A stretch of DNA of 64,000 nt from an uncultured Mycoplasmatota bacterium (GCA_946486465.1 CAMLTY010000001.1:6679-70678), one strand, 5' to 3'; shown: positions 10,870 to 21,616, counted from the first letter of the stretch. The notes: generated by a model not told the origin, from the sequence alone. Program-made: numbers and translations.

Positions 10870-11310
10870 ATGGAAGTAATCTTTATAAAAGATTTAAAAG
10901 GACAAGGTAAAAAGGGAGAAATAAAAGAAGTAAAAGATGGATATGCTGAAAACTTCTTAATAAAAAAAGGCTATGCGATTAAGTCTACTAAAACCTCTTT
11001 AGAGAAACTAGCTGATGAAAACAAAGCTAAAAAAGAAGAAGAGGAAAAAGCTAAGAAAGAAGCAATAAGCTTAAAGGAAAAATTAGAGAAAGTAACTTTA
11101 ACTTTTAAAGTTAAAACAGGAGATAATGATAAAGTCTTTGGAAGTATTAGTGTTAAACAAATAAAGGAAGCTCTAAAAGAAAAAGGTTATGACTTTGATA
11201 AAAGTATGATTAAATTAACAAGTTCTCCTTCATCTTTAGGTTTTCATAATATCGAAGTAGAACTATATAAAAATATAACTGCCAAAGTAAAAATACATTT
11301 AGTTAAGTAG
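10870..11310 (+). CDS. rplI: 50S ribosomal protein L9
   Basis: [36 protein letters not shown] canonical L9 N-domain. Confidence 0.95.
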   Translation: MEVIFIKDLKGQGKKGEIKEVKDGYAENFLIKKGYAIKSTKTSLEKLADENKAKKEEEEKAKKEAISLKEKLEKVTLTFKVKTGDNDKVFGSISVKQIKEALKEKGYDFDKSMIKLTSSPSSLGFHNIEVELYKNITAKVKIHLVK

Positions 11311-11318
11311 GTGATAAT

Positions 11319-12665
11319 ATGGCTGTAAGACCAAGCCCTCACAATTTAGAAGCAGAAAAAAGTGTCTTAGGTTCTTGTTTTCTTTCAAATAATGCTTTAT
11401 TAATGACTATAGAAGCCTTAGATGAGACTGACTTTTATGATGCTAGACATGCTAAAATATTTACAGCACTAAAAAAATTAGTTGAAGAAAAAACACCTGT
11501 TGACTTAACTACTTTAACAACAGAATTAACTAAACTAAACTATTTAAATGATGTAGGAGGAGTTGCATATTTAACAGAAATAACAACCTTTGTTCCAACC
11601 GCTACTAATGTAGAATACTATATAAAAGAAGTAGATAATGCTTCTCTTCTTAGAAGATTAATTGAAACAGCAGAGTCTATCGCTACCATGGGATATAATA
11701 GTGAAGAAAGTATAGGTGATATCTTAGATAGTGCCGAACGTAAAATCTTAACTATCGCTAAGAATAGAAAAGCTAGTGAGTTTAAATCTATAGGTGAAGT
11801 CCTAAAAAAGACTGAAGAGGACTTACAAAAGCTTGCCGAAGCGAAAGGAGAAATAACAGGTATCCCTACAGGATGGTATGATATTGATAAAGTAACAGCA
11901 GGACTTCATGAAAATGAACTTATAATCCTTGCCGCTCGTCCTGGTATGGGTAAAACTGCCTTTGCCCTTAACCTTGCAACTTATGTAACAACGCACACAG
12001 ATAAAACAGTCGCTGTATTCAACCTAGAAATGGGAGCAGAACAACTTGCCAATCGTATTATCTCATCTCTTGGACAAATAGAAGGATATAAACTTAGAAC
12101 TGGTAAAATGTTAAATAATGACTGGAAGAGATTTGACCAGGCAGTTAGTAGATTAGATAATTCTAAACTATATATAGATGATACTCCAGGTATAACAATT
12201 GGAGAAATACGTGCGAAATGTCGTCGTTTAGCATCATCTCCAGATGGCCTTGACCTTGTAATAATCGACTACCTTCAATTAATATCAGGTGGTAAAAACT
12301 ATGGGGCTAATCGTCAACAAGAAGTAGCAGATATCTCAAGAAGTCTAAAAACTCTTGCGATGGAATTACATATTCCCGTAATTGCCCTAGCCCAACTTTC
12401 TCGTAGTGTTGAAGGAAGAGAAGATAAAAGACCAATGCTATCAGATTTAAGGGAATCAGGTTCAATCGAGCAGGATGCCGACCTTGTAGGTTTCCTTTAT
12501 CGTGATGATTATTACAATAAAGAAGCTAAAAACGATGCTACAAGTATCAGTGAATTTATAATCGCTAAGCACCGTGCCGGACCTCAAGCTACCATTCAGT
12601 TACTATTTAAAAAAGATACATCTACATTCTTAAATATGAGCAAAAACGAAATAGAGGAGGAATAA
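11319..12665 (+). CDS. dnaB: Replicative DNA helicase (DnaB family; DnaC in Bacillus naming)
   Basis: Walker A GMGKTAFALNL and RecA-like core; 448 aa; conserved after rplI. Confidence 0.95.
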   Translation: MAVRPSPHNLEAEKSVLGSCFLSNNALLMTIEALDETDFYDARHAKIFTALKKLVEEKTPVDLTTLTTELTKLNYLNDVGGVAYLTEITTFVPTATNVEYYIKEVDNASLLRRLIETAESIATMGYNSEESIGDILDSAERKILTIAKNRKASEFKSIGEVLKKTEEDLQKLAEAKGEITGIPTGWYDIDKVTAGLHENELIILAARPGMGKTAFALNLATYVTTHTDKTVAVFNLEMGAEQLANRIISSLGQIEGYKLRTGKMLNNDWKRFDQAVSRLDNSKLYIDDTPGITIGEIRAKCRRLASSPDGLDLVIIDYLQLISGGKNYGANRQQEVADISRSLKTLAMELHIPVIALAQLSRSVEGREDKRPMLSDLRESGSIEQDADLVGFLYRDDYYNKEAKNDATSISEFIIAKHRAGPQATIQLLFKKDTSTFLNMSKNEIEEE

Positions 12666-12666
12666 G

Positions 12667-14184
12667 ATGAATATAAAAACTATAATTACAATCATAGTTG
12701 CCTTAATGGTAAGTCTCATTATAATATTTATAACTCCCAAAGAAGAAACATTAACCCCTAAAAACGTTTATCGTGTTTATCTAGCTGGTAAATCAGTAGG
12801 ATTAATAGATGATAAAGACTCACTAGACGAGTATATAGATAAAGAACAACAGACTTTAAAAGATAAATACAAAGCTGACAAAGTCTATGCCCCAGAAGAC
12901 TTAGAAGTAGTAAAAGATGTAACCTATAATGAAAACATATCTACAACAGAAGAAATATACAATAAAATTAAGGACATCGAGCCATTTACTATTAAAGGAT
13001 ATGCTATAACAATAGAAGGTCTTGATAGTACTAATGAACAAGGAGAAACTATAAAAGGAAAAGACCAAACTATCTATGCTTTAGATAAAAAAGTCTTTGA
13101 GGAAGCGATGGATAATACGATAAGGTCATTTGTAGATAGTGATAGTTATGATAAATATCTAAATAATGACCAAAAAGAAATTGAAAGTGGCAAAACAGGA
13201 ACAGTTATAGAAAATATTTATATAGAAAACAAAGTAACTATAAAAGAAACAAATATTCCATCAGATGAAACTATTTATGAAAATGTTGATGATTTAAGTA
13301 AATACTTACTGTTTGGAACTCTAGATGAACAACAAAAATATATCGTTCAAGCAGGAGATACAATCAGTGATGTTGCCTTCAATAACAAACTATCTAATGA
13401 AGAGTTCTTAATCGCTAATCCAGAGTTTACTGATGCTAATAACCTTCTATATGAAGGACAAAATGTTACGATAAGTATTATTAAACCACAATTTAGGTTA
13501 GTAGAAATAGACCACCAAGTATCCACTCAAGATATACCTTATGAAACAGAGACAAGATATGATAATACCAAGTATAATACTTACGAAGAAACAATTCAAG
13601 AAGGACAAGTTGGTTCACAACTAGTAACATCTAAAGTAGAGAAAGTTAATGGTCAAGTAGAAAGTGCTGTTATTGATAATAATGCTACTCAAGTTTTAAA
13701 AGAACCTGTTAAAAGAATAATCGTTAAAGGTACTAAACAAAGAGGTGGCAGTGGTGGAGTTAATAGTGGATTAAGCAGTAATACTAAAATTGAAGGATAC
13801 TGGTTATGGCCAACTAGAACACCTTATTACATCAGTAGTCCATATGCTTATCGTTGGGGAACACTTCATGATGGTATGGATATAGCAGGTGCCGGTTTTG
13901 GTTCTCCAATCTATGCATCTAATAATGGTATTGTAGTAGCTTCTTCTTATAAATGGGATAATGGTGAATATATTGTTATTAATCATAATAATGGCTACTA
14001 TACAATCTATGCTCATCTTGCCGAACGTTATGTTAGTGTAGGACAAGAAGTTTCTCAAGGAGACACTATTGGAGCGATGGGACAAACTGGATTTGCCACA
14101 GGAGTTCACTTACACTTCGGTTTGTGGCGAGGCTTTCCATATAGCCGTGGTTCATCTTCTATGAATCCGATGAGTCTATTCTAA
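12667..14184 (+). CDS. Membrane-anchored LysM-domain M23 (LytM-type) peptidoglycan endopeptidase
   Basis: N-terminal TM; LysM-like YIVQAGDTISDVAFNN; M23 motifs HDGMDIAG and HLHFG. Confidence 0.75.
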   Translation: MNIKTIITIIVALMVSLIIIFITPKEETLTPKNVYRVYLAGKSVGLIDDKDSLDEYIDKEQQTLKDKYKADKVYAPEDLEVVKDVTYNENISTTEEIYNKIKDIEPFTIKGYAITIEGLDSTNEQGETIKGKDQTIYALDKKVFEEAMDNTIRSFVDSDSYDKYLNNDQKEIESGKTGTVIENIYIENKVTIKETNIPSDETIYENVDDLSKYLLFGTLDEQQKYIVQAGDTISDVAFNNKLSNEEFLIANPEFTDANNLLYEGQNVTISIIKPQFRLVEIDHQVSTQDIPYETETRYDNTKYNTYEETIQEGQVGSQLVTSKVEKVNGQVESAVIDNNATQVLKEPVKRIIVKGTKQRGGSGGVNSGLSSNTKIEGYWLWPTRTPYYISSPYAYRWGTLHDGMDIAGAGFGSPIYASNNGIVVASSYKWDNGEYIVINHNNGYYTIYAHLAERYVSVGQEVSQGDTIGAMGQTGFATGVHLHFGLWRGFPYSRGSSSMNPMSLF

Positions 14185-14969
14185 TGAAAATAAAAGTACT
14201 AGCGAGTGGATCTAAAGGAAACTGTTCCTTAATAGAAACAGCATCTGCTCGCTTTCTTATTGATATAGGAATTACCTATCAAAGATTAAAAAAAGAATTA
14301 GAGAAGATGAACTTAAACTTAGATGATATAGATGCCCTCTTTTTAACCCATGCTCATAATGACCATACAAGTGGTCTTAAAGTCCTTTTAAAACATACCA
14401 ACTTTAAGATTTATGCAAATAAAGATATTATAAAAGAACTAACAGTAGATATAGATAAAGAAAGAATAGAACTTTATAATAGTATTATGCACTTAAATAG
14501 TACAGAACTAACCATCTTTAAGACAAGTCATGATGCTAAAGGCTCAGTTGGTTTCTTAATAATAGATGATGGAAGTTCCTTAGTATATATAACAGATACA
14601 GGATACTTAAATCGTAAATATTTTAAATTACTAACAAACAGAAATATTTATTATATAGAGAGTAATCATGATGAGAAAATGCTTATGGATGGACCTTATC
14701 CTTATTACTTAAAACAAAGAATACTTAGTGATGAGGGGCATCTGTCTAATGAGACAACTTCAAAATATCTAAAGAAATTAGTAGGAGATAGTACTAAGTA
14801 CATAATACTCGCTCATTTAAGTGAACATAACAATAAAGAAGAGCTTGCTTATACAACAACTAGAGTTGCTTTACAAGATAGAAGCGATATTAAAATATTA
14901 GTAGCCAAACAGAATGAGGCATTAGAAGAAATAGAGGTAATGTATGATAAAGTTAATATGTGTAGGTAA
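14184..14969 (+). CDS. MBL-fold metallo-hydrolase (YycJ/WalJ-like)
   Basis: HAHNDH metallo-beta-lactamase motif; 261 aa. Confidence 0.75.
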   Translation: MKIKVLASGSKGNCSLIETASARFLIDIGITYQRLKKELEKMNLNLDDIDALFLTHAHNDHTSGLKVLLKHTNFKIYANKDIIKELTVDIDKERIELYNSIMHLNSTELTIFKTSHDAKGSVGFLIIDDGSSLVYITDTGYLNRKYFKLLTNRNIYYIESNHDEKMLMDGPYPYYLKQRILSDEGHLSNETTSKYLKKLVGDSTKYIILAHLSEHNNKEELAYTTTRVALQDRSDIKILVAKQNEALEEIEVMYDKVNMCR

Positions 14970-15399
14970 AATAAAAGAAAAATACTTAAATGAGACGATA
15001 GATGAATATAAAAAGAGACTATCCAAATATACAAAATTAGACATAATAGAACTACCTGATAGTAGTTACAATGAAATAGATAAAGTAAAAAAAGAGGAAG
15101 GTAAACTCATTTTAAAGCACATAAAAGAAACTGATAATGTTATTATCCTTGACATAAATGGACACGAGTTATCATCAGTAGAATTAACTACTAAATTATG
15201 TTCCTTAGAAGCGATGAATAGTAATATAACCTTTATAATAGGAGGAAGTTATGGCCTAAGTGAAGAAGTAAAGAAAAGAGCGAATTATAGTATATCTTTT
15301 TCTAAACTAACTTTTCCTCATCAACTATTTAGAGTTATATTACTAGAACAACTTTATAGAACATATAAAATAAGAAATAATGAAAACTATCATAAGTAG
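14944..15399 (+). CDS. rlmH: 23S rRNA (pseudouridine1915-N3)-methyltransferase RlmH
   Basis: 151 aa SPOUT-fold; MIKLICVGKIKEKYL... Confidence 0.85.
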   Translation: MIKLICVGKIKEKYLNETIDEYKKRLSKYTKLDIIELPDSSYNEIDKVKKEEGKLILKHIKETDNVIILDINGHELSSVELTTKLCSLEAMNSNITFIIGGSYGLSEEVKKRANYSISFSKLTFPHQLFRVILLEQLYRTYKIRNNENYHK

Positions 15400-15410
15400 G
15401 AGTGAAAAGT

Positions 15411-16073
15411 ATGATTGGAAACGATTGGGATATTTATTTAAAAGATGAATATAATAAAGACTATTTTAAAAAATTAATAGATTTTGTTAATAAGGAATAT
15501 AAAGAAAAGACTATTTATCCACCTAAAAATGAGATATTTAATGCCTTAAGACATACTCCATATAAAGATGTTAAAGTCGTAATACTAGGACAAGACCCAT
15601 ATCATGGAGAACATCAAGCAGAAGGGCTATCTTTCTCTGTTAAAAATGGTATTAGAAAGCCACCATCATTACAAAATATCTTTAAGGAGTTAAATGATGA
15701 CTTAGGCATACCTTTTCCTAAAACTAGTAGCCTTATCCCTTGGGCAGACCAAGGAGTATTACTTCTAAATGCCGTTTTAACAGTACAAGCGAATATGGCC
15801 GCATCTCATAAAGATAAAGGTTGGGAAATATTTACTGATAAAATAATAGAATTATTAGATAAAAAAGAAGAGCCAGTAGTATTTATTCTTTGGGGTTCTT
15901 TTGCAAGAAATAAAAAGAAACTAATAACTAATAAAAATCACTATATAGTAGAGTCAGCTCATCCTTCACCTCTTTCTGCCTACAATGGCTTCTTTGGTAG
16001 TAAACCATTCTCTAAGACTAATAATTTTCTAATTTCTAAAGGTTTAAAACCAATAGATTGGAAGATAGATTAA
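15411..16073 (+). CDS. ung: Uracil-DNA glycosylase
   Basis: GQDPYHG and HPSPLSA motifs; ATG 15411 aligns with the Bacillus Ung N-terminus. Confidence 0.9.
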   Translation: MIGNDWDIYLKDEYNKDYFKKLIDFVNKEYKEKTIYPPKNEIFNALRHTPYKDVKVVILGQDPYHGEHQAEGLSFSVKNGIRKPPSLQNIFKELNDDLGIPFPKTSSLIPWADQGVLLLNAVLTVQANMAASHKDKGWEIFTDKIIELLDKKEEPVVFILWGSFARNKKKLITNKNHYIVESAHPSPLSAYNGFFGSKPFSKTNNFLISKGLKPIDWKID

Positions 16074-16097
16074 CTAGTATTAACCATACTAGTTTTT
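16074..16097 (+). terminator. Rho-independent terminator after ung
   Basis: CTAGTAT-taacc-ATACTAG followed by TTTTT. Confidence 0.65.
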
Positions 16098-16212
16098 CAT
16101 TTCCTAACAACTGGAATTAAATGGAAAAATATCGTTATTTATGACATAATTAAATCAAAAATCTTGCTATAATCCTTAAAAACAACTTAAATAAATTTAA
16201 AGGATAAGAAAA

Positions 16213-16719
16213 ATGGAAGAAGTAGAAAAACAAAAGGATTAACAGAAATAATAGAAAGCTTATTTAAAGTTTTTCAAAATAGATATAACAGTAGATACAT
16301 ATCTAAAAGAATTTGTTACAGATGGAATAAGATTAAACAGTTGTGATTCTAGGTTTAAGAGTGTAGATAAAGTATCTCAATTAGAAGAACAATTTACTAG
16401 CGATGTAATTGCCTTTCAATACTATGATACTAAAGAAGTAGAAATAGATGGAGAAAGATATAACACTAAAAAGCATTGTATATCCAAAAAGATATATTTA
16501 GGACAAAGAATAAGTCATGAAGAACTAATAGAAAAAAGTAAAAGTGATGCTAGATTAATACCTTATGTTAATTACTTAAATCTAGAAGTTTCTGAAACAA
16601 TTATTTACTGTGATAATGGTACAATCGTAACTAATATAGGAGACGATGCTATAACATTAGAAGAGTTAAGAAAAGACTATGAAACTAGTAAAACATTTAA
16701 AAAAAACATTGGCAATTAG
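16213..16719 (+). pseudogene. Nonsense-disrupted ORF of unknown function: a 9-codon ORF with promoter and RBS, then three in-frame stops, then a 155-codon open frame with no start codon
   Basis: TGcTATAAT extended -10 at ~16166-16174 and aaaggataag RBS before ATG 16213; reads MEEVEKQKD*QK**KAYLKFF... in a single frame to TAG 16717-16719; the long frame contains no Met or alternative start codon. Confidence 0.4.
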
Positions 16720-16720
16720 G

Positions 16721-17260
16721 TCAATGTTTTAATATCTCAAAAGCTTCTCTTTTCTCTAATTTATAAGTCTCTATATCTTGATAATGAGAAAAGGTTTTAA
16801 TTAAATTAGTTGGGAACTTATGAGAAAGATAAATAATCTCTTCGCCATTATCATTATAATATTTTAAAGCTGCTCTTAAATCATTTTCATTTTCATTTAA
16901 TTTATCTACTAAAGCATCTAGTTTCTTAAAATCAAGTTTATCCTCATAATCATCTATTATCTTTAGAATCTCGGTAGTCATATCCATCAATTCTTGATAT
17001 AACTCATGATGATTAAGTCTTTTAGATTTTAATTTAATAACTTCAGGAATATCTTTTATTTTAGCCTCTTCTAAAATAGGAATAATCTTTAAAAGTATCT
17101 CTTCTTTTTTTTGTAATAAAATATCTAAATTATTATCAGCTTCCTTCACCTTAATATATAAAAAGTTATATTTATTTTTATAAACTAAAACCATTATTAC
17201 ACAAATTAAAATAATTAATAAAATAACCCCAACAATAATAGCATAAATCATTAGTATCAC
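16721..17260 (-). CDS. lemA: LemA-family membrane protein
   Basis: 179 aa; N-terminal TM then LemA-like helical domain. Confidence 0.6.
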   Translation of the reverse strand: MILMIYAIIVGVILLIILICVIMVLVYKNKYNFLYIKVKEADNNLDILLQKKEEILLKIIPILEEAKIKDIPEVIKLKSKRLNHHELYQELMDMTTEILKIIDDYEDKLDFKKLDALVDKLNENENDLRAALKYYNDNGEEIIYLSHKFPTNLIKTFSHYQDIETYKLEKREAFEILKH

Positions 17261-17301
17261 ATCCTTAATAGTATTATAGCAAAGAAAAAGAGAAGAGTAA
17301 A

Positions 17302-17652
17302 TTATCTTAAAGTAATATCTTCTCTAAACTCTACATAATTAAGGTAAACAGTCCAAAGTAGAAAGTTATGGTTATTACTATCTCTAACAACTGCATAGTC
17401 CCTACCTGCACCAATAATAGTTCCTGTAAATACTCTATCACGCCATTCTAGTGAATCAGAATATGACATATAGAAACTTGCTTCTTTCCCTACATTTAAC
17501 TCTAAAATATTTTCAGCGTAGGCCGTATCTCCACTAATTGGAACAGTATTATTAGGAACATTATTCATATTAGGAGTATAATCATAATCAAAGTTTTGAT
17601 AAGGGGGGTCAGTACTTTGATTAGGATAAGTTTCAAAATTATTATTCATCAA
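17302..17652 (-). CDS. gerQ: Spore coat protein GerQ-like
   Basis: C-terminal region AYAENILELNVGKEASFYMSYSDSLEWRDRVFTGTIIGAGRDYAVVRD...WTVYLNYVEF aligns closely with B. subtilis GerQ (ESYIENILRLNKGKRASIYMTF...AAGRDHIIISD...YLDYITF). Confidence 0.7.
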   Translation of the reverse strand: MMNNNFETYPNQSTDPPYQNFDYDYTPNMNNVPNNTVPISGDTAYAENILELNVGKEASFYMSYSDSLEWRDRVFTGTIIGAGRDYAVVRDSNNHNFLLWTVYLNYVEFREDITLR

Positions 17653-17696
17653 ATCATCCTCTCAAAGTAATTGTATGTGTCTATTTTTAAAATATA

Positions 17697-19658
17697 CTAG
17701 TTACTACTAGTATTTCCACTTATCTCATCAAAGACAGGGTCATCTTCACTTGGTTCAGTTCCTTTAACATAATACTCAATAATTTTCTTCTCATCACTAT
17801 CAGTTGCAGGTTTTCCCGTAATAGGATTAACTAAGACCCCAACAACATTATCAGGCTGTTTATACCATTCATCATCTTTATCTTTCATATAGCCTTCCAT
17901 TGTATTAAGCCAAATATTTTGGGCATATTTATATTCACTAGATTTTAAGTCCCTAGCATCATCATAACCACACCATACTGCCGTAACAATATCTTTATTA
18001 TAGCCAATATACCAGTTATCGGTATTAGTAGTACCGCTTTTTAAAGCATATTTATGAGTCATTCTACTAGCAAGATTAACAGCGGTAGGATAGTTATAAT
18101 CAATAAAATTAGCATCATAGGTAGCGGTTAACAAATTACTTAAAATAAAAGTTAAACTAGAATTAAGAATAAGCTCTTTCTCTTCCTCCGCTTCATATAA
18201 AACATTACCTTCTTTATCAACAACTTTAGTAATAAAATGAGGCTTAACTTTATATCCTTCATTGGCAAAAGCAGAGTAGGCACCAGCCATTTCTAACATA
18301 CCAATCTCACTAGTACCAAGAGCAAGAGAAGGCACTTCATCAAGTTTAGAAGTAATACCAAGTCTTTTAGCCATATCAATAAGTGTATCTTCACCTAAAA
18401 ACATATGTGTCTTAACAGCGTAAATATTTTCAGAGTAAGCGATTGCCGTAGCCATAGAAATAGGCTTATTACCATAAGTACCATTATAATTCTGGGGTGA
18501 ATATGATTGATTATTATTAAAAGTAAAAGTAGTCTCTTCACTAGTAAAAGTAGTAGAAGCCGTAAAACCATTTTCTAAGGCAGCATAATATAGAAAAGCT
18601 TTCATCGTAGAACCTACCTGCCTTTTCGCATCTGTCGCTCTATTAAATTCTGACTTACTATAGTCTTTTCCGCCCACCAAAGCGATAACTCTTCCATTAT
18701 TAGGATTAACCATTACACTAGCAGTCTCTAAGTCACTATCAGGCATTGTATTTTTAACAGTCTCTTCTAACTGTTTTTGTGCCTCCATATCAAGACTAGT
18801 ATAGACTTTAAGACCTCCCGTCTCAAGAAAAGACTCCGGTATTTCCTTTAAACTTTTTAACTCCTCTATAACAGCATCTTGATAATACATAACACTCTCT
18901 AGTTCATCCTCTTCTTCTTCACCTACAAACTTCAATTCTTCATCAAGGGCCTTATTATATTCCGCTTCACTAATAACTCCATCATCATACATATTCTTTA
19001 AAATCATCTGTTGTCTTTGTGTTGCCTTTTCTAAATTAACAAAAGGAGAATAATTACTAGGAGACTTAGGAATACCCGTAAGCATAGCAGCCTCTGCTAG
19101 CGTCAAGTCTTTAGCACTCTTCCCAAAGTAATATTTACTAGCAGTTTCAATTCCATATTTACCATGACCATAGTTTATTGTATTTAAATATCCCTCAAGT
19201 ATTTCATCTTTACTATAATGAGACTCTATTTCTATCGTATACCACATCTCATCCCATTTTCTTTTCCACGTCTTATCAAAATCTAAAAATAAGTTTTTAG
19301 CATACTGTTGGGTAATCGTACTAGCCCCTTGACTAGTAGTACCAGAGGTAATATTAACTGCCAAAGCCTTTAATATTCTTAAGTAATCAAAGCCGATATG
19401 TTTATAAAAGTTTTTATCTTCAGTATTTATAGTCGCTTCTATCAAATATGGAGAAATATCATCAAGACTAATCCATTCCCTAGAACCACTTCCTTGAAAG
19501 AAAACCTCATTATCACTATCAAACAACATAAAACTATTAGCATTCTTTATCTCAATCTTAGGACTTAACTTAGCATAAGTATAAACACCAATATTCCCAA
19601 GAATAAAAAGTCCTATAAGAATTATAAATATTTTTAAACACTTCTTTAAAACTTTCAT
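17697..19658 (-). CDS. Class A bifunctional penicillin-binding protein (GT51 transglycosylase + transpeptidase)
   Basis: Signal/TM anchor; GT51 motifs TINTEDKNFYKHIGFD, TITQQYAKNLFL; transpeptidase STMK, SxN and KSGT-type motifs. Confidence 0.85.
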   Translation of the reverse strand: MKVLKKCLKIFIILIGLFILGNIGVYTYAKLSPKIEIKNANSFMLFDSDNEVFFQGSGSREWISLDDISPYLIEATINTEDKNFYKHIGFDYLRILKALAVNITSGTTSQGASTITQQYAKNLFLDFDKTWKRKWDEMWYTIEIESHYSKDEILEGYLNTINYGHGKYGIETASKYYFGKSAKDLTLAEAAMLTGIPKSPSNYSPFVNLEKATQRQQMILKNMYDDGVISEAEYNKALDEELKFVGEEEEDELESVMYYQDAVIEELKSLKEIPESFLETGGLKVYTSLDMEAQKQLEETVKNTMPDSDLETASVMVNPNNGRVIALVGGKDYSKSEFNRATDAKRQVGSTMKAFLYYAALENGFTASTTFTSEETTFTFNNNQSYSPQNYNGTYGNKPISMATAIAYSENIYAVKTHMFLGEDTLIDMAKRLGITSKLDEVPSLALGTSEIGMLEMAGAYSAFANEGYKVKPHFITKVVDKEGNVLYEAEEEKELILNSSLTFILSNLLTATYDANFIDYNYPTAVNLASRMTHKYALKSGTTNTDNWYIGYNKDIVTAVWCGYDDARDLKSSEYKYAQNIWLNTMEGYMKDKDDEWYKQPDNVVGVLVNPITGKPATDSDEKKIIEYYVKGTEPSEDDPVFDEISGNTSSN

Positions 19659-19771
19659 AACATATCAAATCCTTTCTTTATATATCATGTCCAAAAAACT
19701 ATCATTCACACCAAAAAGTTGTAACTTTAACACTTTTTTGTTATAATCTTGAAAGAAAAAGGAGATTATCT

Positions 19772-20134
19772 ATGAAAGATGTATATATAAAAGCAAAAAT
19801 AAAAAACAAAGATGAAGAATTACCTTTTGAAGGTAAAGGAACAATTGATGAAAAGAAAAACTTAATACAGTATCAAGATAACAAAGCTGTTTTAACTATT
19901 CTTTTAGATGATAATATTATGCTACGAGAAACAGAAGATACTATATTAAGTTATAAATTTGTGGAAAATGAAAAAACTAATTTTGAAGTGTTTTTAAAAG
20001 ATTTAAAACAAACAGGTTTTGTTCCAATGCAAACCTTTAATATAAATAAAGATAATACTACTTATGAAGTTATATATCAAATAGATGGAAATGACTTTAA
20101 ACATGAGTTTAAAGTAGAATGGAGAGTATTATGA
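19772..20134 (+). CDS. DUF1934 (YwiB-like) protein
   Basis: 120 aa; lies in the same operon upstream of argS, as ywiB does in Bacillus. Confidence 0.6.
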   Translation: MKDVYIKAKIKNKDEELPFEGKGTIDEKKNLIQYQDNKAVLTILLDDNIMLRETEDTILSYKFVENEKTNFEVFLKDLKQTGFVPMQTFNINKDNTTYEVIYQIDGNDFKHEFKVEWRVL

Positions 20135-20631
20135 GAGCGAGAGTATTTAGTGTTTTTGCGGGATTAGGAAAGACATATGTTGGAAAGAAATATTCAAATG
20201 TTCTAGATTTACAAAGTAATCCTTATCGCTATGATTATACTAATATAAAAAAAGAAGATTATGAGAAACTAAAAGAAACACCTAATAGAAAAGTTAATCC
20301 TAACTGGCCTAATAATTTTATAAATACAATAAAAGAAACTTCTAATAAGTATGATATTATTTTAGTATCATCATCACTTGATATAAGAGAACTTTTAGAA
20401 GAAAATAATATTCCTTACACTTTTATTTTACCTAGTAAAGACTCTAAAGAAATACTATTAGAAAGATATAGAAAACGAGGAAATAGTAAAGAATTAATAG
20501 ATAATGTTATGTTAAATTTAGATACTTGGAGTTATAAAGAAGAAGATTATAACTGTCCTTTAGTTATTTTAGATAAAGATAAATATTTAGAAGATTATCT
20601 TAAGGAAGAAGGATTAATAAATGATAAATAG
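20132..20631 (+). CDS. Small P-loop NTPase (AAA_33/polynucleotide-kinase-like)
   Basis: Walker A FAGLGKTYVGKKY near N-terminus; ~166 aa; translationally coupled to neighbours on both sides. Confidence 0.45.
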
Positions 20632-21604
20632 AAAGTTAAAGTATAATCTTAATACAAAAAAAGAACTAAAGTTTGATCAACATAAGAAGTTTAAAATTTT
20701 AGTTTTATCAGATATTCAAGAAAGTTTAAATTATAATATAAAGACACTAGATGATATTAACAAACTAATATATAAAATAAAACCAGATTTTATTATGTTA
20801 AATGGAGATATATTTGATGGAAGTATTATAAAAGATAAAGAAGAGTTAAAGAAGTATTTAGATATTTTCACAGAACCAATGGAAAAAAGAAAAATTCCTT
20901 GGGCTCATGTTTTTGGTAATCATGAACACGATTTAAAAATAGATGATGATATAAAACAGGAAATATATGAGAGTTATGATTATTGTCTTTCTAAACATAC
21001 TGATAGTACAGTTAAAGGAACTACCAACTTTGTTTTACCTATAAAAGATTCTAAAGGTAAAAAGATTATCTTTAATCTATTCGCTTTAGACTGCAATAAT
21101 AGAATAGATGATTCATTTCCAAATATGAGAGAAAAAACAAATCTTCCTAATGTTAGTAGTCTATCAGCAGAATGGGATTTCATTCATTTTAGTCAAATTA
21201 AATGGTATTATGAGACAAGTGAAAATTTAGAAAAATATAATAATAAAAAAGTACCTGCTATTCTTTTTACACATATTTCTTTATGGGAAACAGACAATAT
21301 CAAAAAAAATCCCAAAGAAACAAATTTAATAGGAGAAAGTGGTGAAAGACTACGTATAGGTGCTTTAAACTCAGGACTATTCACAAGTATTTTAGAACGC
21401 GGAGATGTAAAAGCAATTATATCATCACATAGCCATGAAGATACATTCTCTGGTACATTCTGTAATATTAAATTTCAAATGACAGGTAGTGCAGGATATA
21501 GTGCTTATGGTAAAGAAGAATTAAAAGGTGGAGTCTTAATAGAACTTGCGGAAAATAATTTAAGTGACATAAAGACAAAAATGATTTATTATAAAGATTT
21601 ATAG
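20621..21604 (+). CDS. Calcineurin-like metallophosphoesterase
   Basis: Motifs LSDIQ, NGDIFDG, GNHEHD; 327 aa; overlaps the upstream P-loop gene by 11 nt. Confidence 0.7.
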   Translation: MINRKLKYNLNTKKELKFDQHKKFKILVLSDIQESLNYNIKTLDDINKLIYKIKPDFIMLNGDIFDGSIIKDKEELKKYLDIFTEPMEKRKIPWAHVFGNHEHDLKIDDDIKQEIYESYDYCLSKHTDSTVKGTTNFVLPIKDSKGKKIIFNLFALDCNNRIDDSFPNMREKTNLPNVSSLSAEWDFIHFSQIKWYYETSENLEKYNNKKVPAILFTHISLWETDNIKKNPKETNLIGESGERLRIGALNSGLFTSILERGDVKAIISSHSHEDTFSGTFCNIKFQMTGSAGYSAYGKEELKGGVLIELAENNLSDIKTKMIYYKDL

Positions 21605-21616
21605 AAGGAGGACATT

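Noticed and set aside
21605-21616. T-box leader upstream of argS (and likewise upstream of proS at 51749-51869)
   Set aside because: Leaders are 12 bp and about 120 bp, too short for a T-box; no specifier or T-box sequence seen
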